Positions 57,431 through 64,000 of a DNA stretch of 64,000 bases are shown piece after piece (the first letter of the stretch is position 1; every line of letters begins with the position of its first letter). The translations under genes were made by a program, and so were the position numbers. Under the pieces are notes generated by a model. The model did not search any database. It saw only the letters and a program-made list of their open reading frames with translations, and was not told the DNA's origin. The stretch lies in the NCBI RefSeq assembly GCF_001194135.2, contig NC_069000.1, positions 47,600,493 through 47,664,492 of the forward strand, written 5' to 3'. The DNA is from Octopus bimaculoides. Its lineage: Eukaryota.

Positions 57431-60400
57431 GTCAGCAAAACTGAGTTCTAGAAGTGGTATGTGTCCCACCCACATATAAAAAACTTCTCATACACTCTAC
57501 CACAACAAACCAAACTACATCTTTTTTCTTCCTCACATTTTCACTTCTTTACTGCCCACTCCCCAATCCTGTCCTTTTGGCCCTGTCTCACTGTATTATT
57601 GCTACCCACTAGCCCCCCCCCCACCGACCTGTGTTCCACCCACACACCTACCCCCAACAAACCTAACTACATCTTTCTTCCTCACATTTCCTCCTTCATG
57701 CACTATGCTTACCTCTCACTCCCCAACCCTGTCCTCACAGCCCTATTTCTCTGTATCATTGCTATCTGGTAGCCCCTGCCCCTAACTCTATATACCCAAG
57801 TTTTCACCACCAACTTCCCCTCCCCACACTCTGATCATGCTTCTTTGGCAATATCCTGCCACTTGTATTATGATCTTTGAACCTCAAGGTTATGCCCTGG
57901 CACTTCCCACCATTTATACCACCCTCTCTGCCTTTACTCGACCATCCATTTTTATTCTGATCACTGTCCCTCATGAATATGCCCAGTGCTTTGCCACCAT
58001 TTCTATCCTGCTATCTCCCGCTCTCTCTCTCTCCTCCTGCACTTCCTTCAGGTTGGGTAACCAGGTCTCTCCTTTGCAGCAGCACACCTATTTTTGTCCT
58101 CATTCCTGATCTCTCTCTCTCTCTGGCCAAATAACCTTGTACCTCCTCTACAGTAAGACACCTGTCTCTCTCTCTCACTATAACCTTTCATCATCTAACA
58201 CAAGATCACCTCCTCCAATGTACCCCCCCTCTCAAAAGATGTTTGTCTTGCAGGTTACTTGGTGACCCTTTCAGTGCAGGTGCTGCTTAAAAAGCATCCA
58301 GTCCACACTGTAAAGTGGTTGGCATTTGGAAGGGCATCTAGCTGTAAAAACCTTGCCAAAACTGACCTCGCTTGTGCCTCGTAAAAAGCACTAAGTCCAC
58401 TTTGCTGGGTGATTCTTGTTAGGAAGGGCATCCAGCTGTAAAAATCCTGCCAAAACAGTCACAGAAGTCTGGTGCAGGCTTCTGTCAAACCATCCCACCC
58501 ATGCCAGCATGGAAGGCGGATGTTAAACGATGATGATGATATATATACAAAAAAAGACAGCACACGTAAATACATATATGTGTATGTATATATATTTTGT
58601 GTGTGTGTGTGTGTGTGTGTGGTGCAGGGAATCATGGACCTGGAGTGAACAACTCCAGGTGAGAAAGGAAGAGCTCAGTGTGAGTCAATAATAGAGTTTC
58701 CTGAGTCAACTAAATTATAATGAAGAATATGTTTAACATGTAATGCAAGGAACAATAAAAATCGGACAGGAAATGATTATGTAATAAAGTATTATAAAAG
58801 TAATGAATTAGAATTTTTGGGGTTTGTCTGGTAAGCAAGGGAGACAACCTTAGACATGTTTCAGTTTCATTATAACCTCATTAGCAAAGCATAGACATCA
58901 CCATAATTACAGAAGTGACTGAGGAACTAAAAATTGTAGATTGGCTGGTGGAGGAAAACAGAATTGTTTCATCTGCCATCAAAATAAAAAAAAAACAATA
59001 AATGAAATTGGTTTTAACTGATTAAAACCTAATTGCTTAGTTAATTTTCTAGCTGTGATCAGCCTGTCTGTATTGATTGTCCACAGATGTTTAAATGTGG
59101 CACCAGTGACATATTACTTGTGACATGGTACCAATGATCTGATGCTAGAACTAGGAAAAATATATTTGAAGGTGATGAAAATTGTTGAAAGAAGATATTA
59201 AAAGCTGAAGTCAGAAATTTTAGGAAAATGTCTTTACTGTTGTTAAAGTAAATAGTTGTGATGATAGAAACAATAAAAATGTGATTTGGTGGCTTGAATC
59301 AGTTGTCATTCACAATAGAGGCAATGGATCTTTTCTGTTTGGCTGCCACTTACCAATTATGGTGAAAATGAATTTCATGTCAATAATTAGTATATGCAAC
59401 TATATCAATACACCAAATTTGAAATCAATTGGAACAAAATTATGTTGCTCATGACTTTGCATACGATATTAGACATTACAAGAGCCAATTTGTAATCCTC
59501 CATTGGCCCTAAGAGGAGGACTTGCCCTCTTCTCTCTGTTTTACATTGAAATTTTAGTAATGGTAAATTCCTGACATTACATACATCAACAACTGGCTAC
59601 ATACTGTAGTGGTGGTGGTAGTGGTGGTGATGTGGACAGAACTGTTAGTTTCGTGTGAAGAGAACACATGTAAAAGTATGTCATAAGGATAAGGGACATT
59701 TAAATATTGAGACAAAACATGGTAAAGAGATCAGTCCAGGTAATTGTTGGCTGTAGCCTCAATACTGTTAGCCGAGGAATGCAATAAAGTGAAAAACTGG
59801 AGTATCTCCAGAGGTGGTCTTTTGGAACTAGATTTAGGAGATAACAGATAATTTGTTTGATATAAATAGGACTGTGAATAAGTAGGGTCAGTAAATTTTC
59901 TAGGCTAGTGTCCTGCCTGCAAGAGCTGACCTCCTGCTTTTCTCTTTTAAATGGTGAGATATGCCAGAGATTACCTTGTCATCTTGTGAAACATTTACAA
60001 ATTAAACAATGTTCCCACTACTTGCAGCAATTAACTGTACCCGTCCCCAATGCACACACACACATACATGTACTTCTTTACATGTGGACTGAGCTATTTG
60101 GGGACACTGGGTCATTCTAACAACAATCATAAATGAACCTCAGTGATGAAAATGTTACTGTCATTAACAGATCAGGGACCCAGTCCACTCTCTCTCTCTC
60201 TCTTTGTCTCCACTCATTCACCAATCATTTCACACGGCGTAACAAGTGCATATTTTCATAGCACCACTACTAATGAGATTCTTTGCCTAACACAAGGGCT
60301 CTCACTAATCTATATTGTCTCTGTTCATTTGGGCCACAGGAGAGACAGTGATGGCAAGGCATAATGGAAGCGAGGCAGTAACGGCAGGGTGCACAATGAG

Positions 60401-61991
60401 AGAGAAAGGCAGTGATAAATGCTTCAAGTCAGGAAGAGAGTAAGTTGTGATGGCAAGAGTGAGAGTGAGGATGTTATCAAAAGTGTGATGAGAGGAAATG
60501 GAAGTGATGGCTAGTATAAGAGGAGGGTAAATAGAGGGATCTGTCAGATGCCAACAGAGCCAATGCAATTGCTTGTTAGGAAACTGATTTGGATGAGAGC
60601 ACAGGAGGGATGGAATGCAGAGAGGGCTAATGATCTACCCTGAAGGCATTGTTGGCACAGTTCAGTGAATAATTGAGGGGAAGAAGGATTGATAAAGAAG
60701 GGAGTATTGGATACAACTTGCCTTCTACTTTTTATTGCAAGCAGAGGTAATAGCTCCTTCAATTTTACCCAGTTTATTCCTATTTTGGCCACTATTCTTT
60801 CAGAATACTCACTGCCATACCAATTAGGTCACCTAAACAATAGAAACTAACTCCTTCTGGGCATCTGAGAGAATCTACTCTTCCCATGTGCTTTATTGTC
60901 CCTTTGCACCTACTGCATACGTCTTCCATCTCTGTTACCTTCTGCCCAGGAGCCCACTACATCTCTCATACTGCATCCATGGTTTATACTGGGTACGCAG
61001 TTAGACATTTCTACATCCTCCTCCTTTTCAGACATCAAGCAGAGCCATTTCACTGATAATGACAAGGACCTCCATCAGCAAGAACAGAGAAGCTTCTGAG
61101 AGTTAAGTGTAATACATCCGACACAGAAATGCTGTGCTGAGGGCAGGATATGAACCTGTAACTCTTTTGTAGATAGTGACTGCCACACTCATTAGGACCA
61201 GCTACCATTTCAGTAAAAAGTTATTCCTTTTAATGAAGGTGGGACCATCTACTTGTAATTGCTCTACTACTACTGATGAAGGCTTGACCAGATGCTTAAG
61301 AGATTTGCTTTACTGAGGTACTGGGTTCAATTCCACTGCATGGCAGTCCTTTACCCAAGCTTCATGATGGAAACTGCAATGCCCCATCGGATGGGTTGCA
61401 TCAAATATCCAGTTTTTCACACGAATTCTCTTTGTGGACTATGGTAAGGGTACACCTGTCTGTGGGATACGCAGCTACTCATATGCTAATTCAACAATGA
61501 AGCAGTTTAATGGATCGAGTGAGATCCATCTACTTTTTACTACCACAACCACTGCTATTACTAAGGACAGGTCTTGGCTATTAGACATTGTAATTTCATT
61601 TTCAGTTACTGGTCTTCCAGAAAGGCATGAATGTCATGCAATCTCAATCCTCACTTTTATGTGTTGAAGATCTTGAACTAAAATACCATAAAATATTTAG
61701 TTTCTCCTCCTCAATTCTGAGTTCAAATCCTGTTGAAGCAGACAAATGCCAGAAATATACTATTTGTAGTAACCGTGTTAACTTGGTGCTTAGTCCAACT
61801 AATACTGGGTCACATTATTGTTGTTTAGTTGTAGATCAACGGCGAGCCATCAATCCTATAAGCAAACACAATCTAACTGTGGCCATTCCGTCAAAAACTA
61901 GGGTATCTAAGAAGTCTTTATTTAAGTCTGTAAGGTGCGATGTCAGGGAGGTATAGCTGTTATTTCTAGTAGGTCAAGTAGAGACATTCAC

Positions 61992-62076
61992 TTTGGCTCA
62001 TGATGGCGTGATGGTCCAGGCTGCAATCAAAGAACCGAGATCGACACACGGCAGTGATGATGACATCATCAAAGTC
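61992..62076 (-). other. Candidate upstream USF exon ending ATG AGC CAA A|gtgaat (possible start, MSQ)
   Basis: tttcccaag| acceptor; ATG at 62001-61999 with A at -3; phase-1 donor. The in-frame DCSLD resembles the USF N-terminal LD..LD only weakly. Confidence 0.25.
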
Positions 62077-62721
62077 CTTGGGAAACACATGAATGTCACA
62101 ACACAGTGTAAAAAACGATGACATGCGTTATGAACTAGAATTACTTTTGCATCTAATTAAAAACCGACAAACACTGCTATACACATATGGCCTAGAAAGG
62201 CATGACCATCACAGATCTAAATAACAGGTGAAACAACGAAGACCAAGCGACCACGACCAGACTTGATAACGTAGTTCTATGGGAAATAAGGAAGGAGAGG
62301 GGAGTAATTAATTTCATTGAATTAATTTGAAGACTTAGCTTTAATTGGAGGGAAGCACTGCTTACGATGCCGGCAATTCACGTCAAGACATCATACAACG
62401 ATTCCCTTTGCCCTCAGGGCTCCAAACGTCAGACATGATATGTGTGTGTGTGTGTACGGATGGATGGATAATATGTATAATGTGTGGGTGTCCTGAACTA
62501 TTGTATGGATGTAGTTAATATTTAAATAGCTGTTGTATTAGCATAGAATTAATAACAAAACAAAAAAACCCAAAACAACAAAAAAAAACAACAACTCTGC
62601 AACGATTGCTGATTCAAGACCAGACAAATGTAAATGTGATAGCAGTGTATGTATGTATTAACACATATATACATAGATGTATATCTATATACATGTATAT
62701 GCACACACGCTATATATATAT

Positions 62722-62757
<36 letters not shown>

Positions 62758-64000
62758 GCGTGTGTATATATATATATATGCGTGTGTATATATGAGGCTT
62801 TAGAATTGTAGTCATCGTTTGGCACAAATCTGACAGGATGTTTCTTTTTTAATCTTTGGTAATATGGGGTCCATGGCTTTCACAGGTTCTAGGTTAGAAG
62901 TCTGCTGTACAAATATGTAAAGGAGGATATTCCGGGTTGGAAGGATTGGTCATGTTAATTAATGCAGGGGTGGAGGGTGTTGGACTCAATACCGGCGAGA
63001 GGGTGTGAGTAGAGATGACACCAGACTAGTCAGCTGTAAGGAGTAGAGGACATTGTAGTGGGAGTAGACGAGAAGACAGCAGATCTGTCTGTGGGATCAG
63101 AAATTGATAGAAACAGGGTATTGGTGAGGGGAGAACTTTATGTCAATAGTAGAGGTGGGGAGTACTTTCTTTGGATGGAGTTGGTAGTGGGGAGGGGAGT
63201 TCTCCGATATGTATACGAATGTAGGTTTATATCAATGTAATTTATGTGTGTATATAAAAATATTTACACACACGCGAGTGGAATAAAATAATTTAACCTA
63301 CGATCGTTATATTACTTATTAGTATGAAAATGATGTGTGTGTAGTAGAATAATGTCATAATAGATGTAATTTTTGCTGCTCTCTTTTGTAATAACAATAA
63401 AAGAAATAACTTGGATTACATTGTTCATTATAGTGTGCGTGTGTGTGTGCAATGAAAAGCGGAAACGCGAAACAGCGATATTAATAACTGCATACATGCG
63501 CGCGCGTATGTGTATACAGATGTATGTATTCACTGGGACTTCCCTTTTTTTATGAATCCGCTGAAGTCCCAAACACAAGACATTATTATAAATATATGGT
63601 TCCCTTTACCCTTTGTCGCTTGAGATCAGTATCTATCGACATGTATATATAAATATTTTATACCATCTATATTACTATTGTGTTTATTAGATGATATATA
63701 TTATACATTATAATGACCGACCTAGAAAATGAAAGGTCGACAAAAGTGGAGGGCCAGACGTGGAGAGACACAAATAAAGCTGACAAGTTGACAACAGTTT
63801 TTATATCGACTTATACAAGACCGGAATGAAGGAGAGAAAAGAAACTGCCGAAAGTGAACGGAAAAGCCCGAGTTAAACGAATAAGACAGGGAAGGAAATA
63901 TTTGATGGTGAGGATTGTTGTCTATGTTGATAGAAATGTAATAATAAAATCTGGGGCTGTTTTTTTGTGTTGTATGTTGTGTGTGAGGCGGAAATGGCGA

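Overview
AT-rich, microsatellite-dense eukaryotic draft sequence with six N gaps. The repeat families (tRNA-SINEs, RTE tails, TTAA MITEs) are most consistent with an octopus genome; this is inferred, not verified. Two convergent multi-exon genes are present. On the + strand is an RBCK1/HOIL-1L orthologue (LTM-UBL-NZF-RING1-IBR-RING2): 11 coding exons at 6825-37531, about 526 aa, every junction GT-AG and phase-compatible. On the - strand is a USF-family bHLH-ZIP gene with five confident exons at 52552-48222 and an unresolved N-terminus. Introns and the intergenic gap hold SINEs, RTE/CR1-type LINE relics, a Penelope RT, Helitron and maT transposase relics, and several MITEs. The most notable observations are: (1) a ~350-bp palindromic element in the RBCK1 NZF-RING1 intron whose apex is a hammerhead-ribozyme-like core, with a second decayed core at 41.8 kb; (2) a ~700-bp inverted piggyBac-like duplication, identical wherever both copies are visible, shared by an RBCK1 intron and a USF intron; (3) a USF leucine zipper with Cys/His/Cys in consecutive core layers; (4) in-frame splice alternatives in both genes; (5) a long-TIR MITE carrying (TTAGGG)n. 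All exon models are read by hand from sequence, without RNA evidence.
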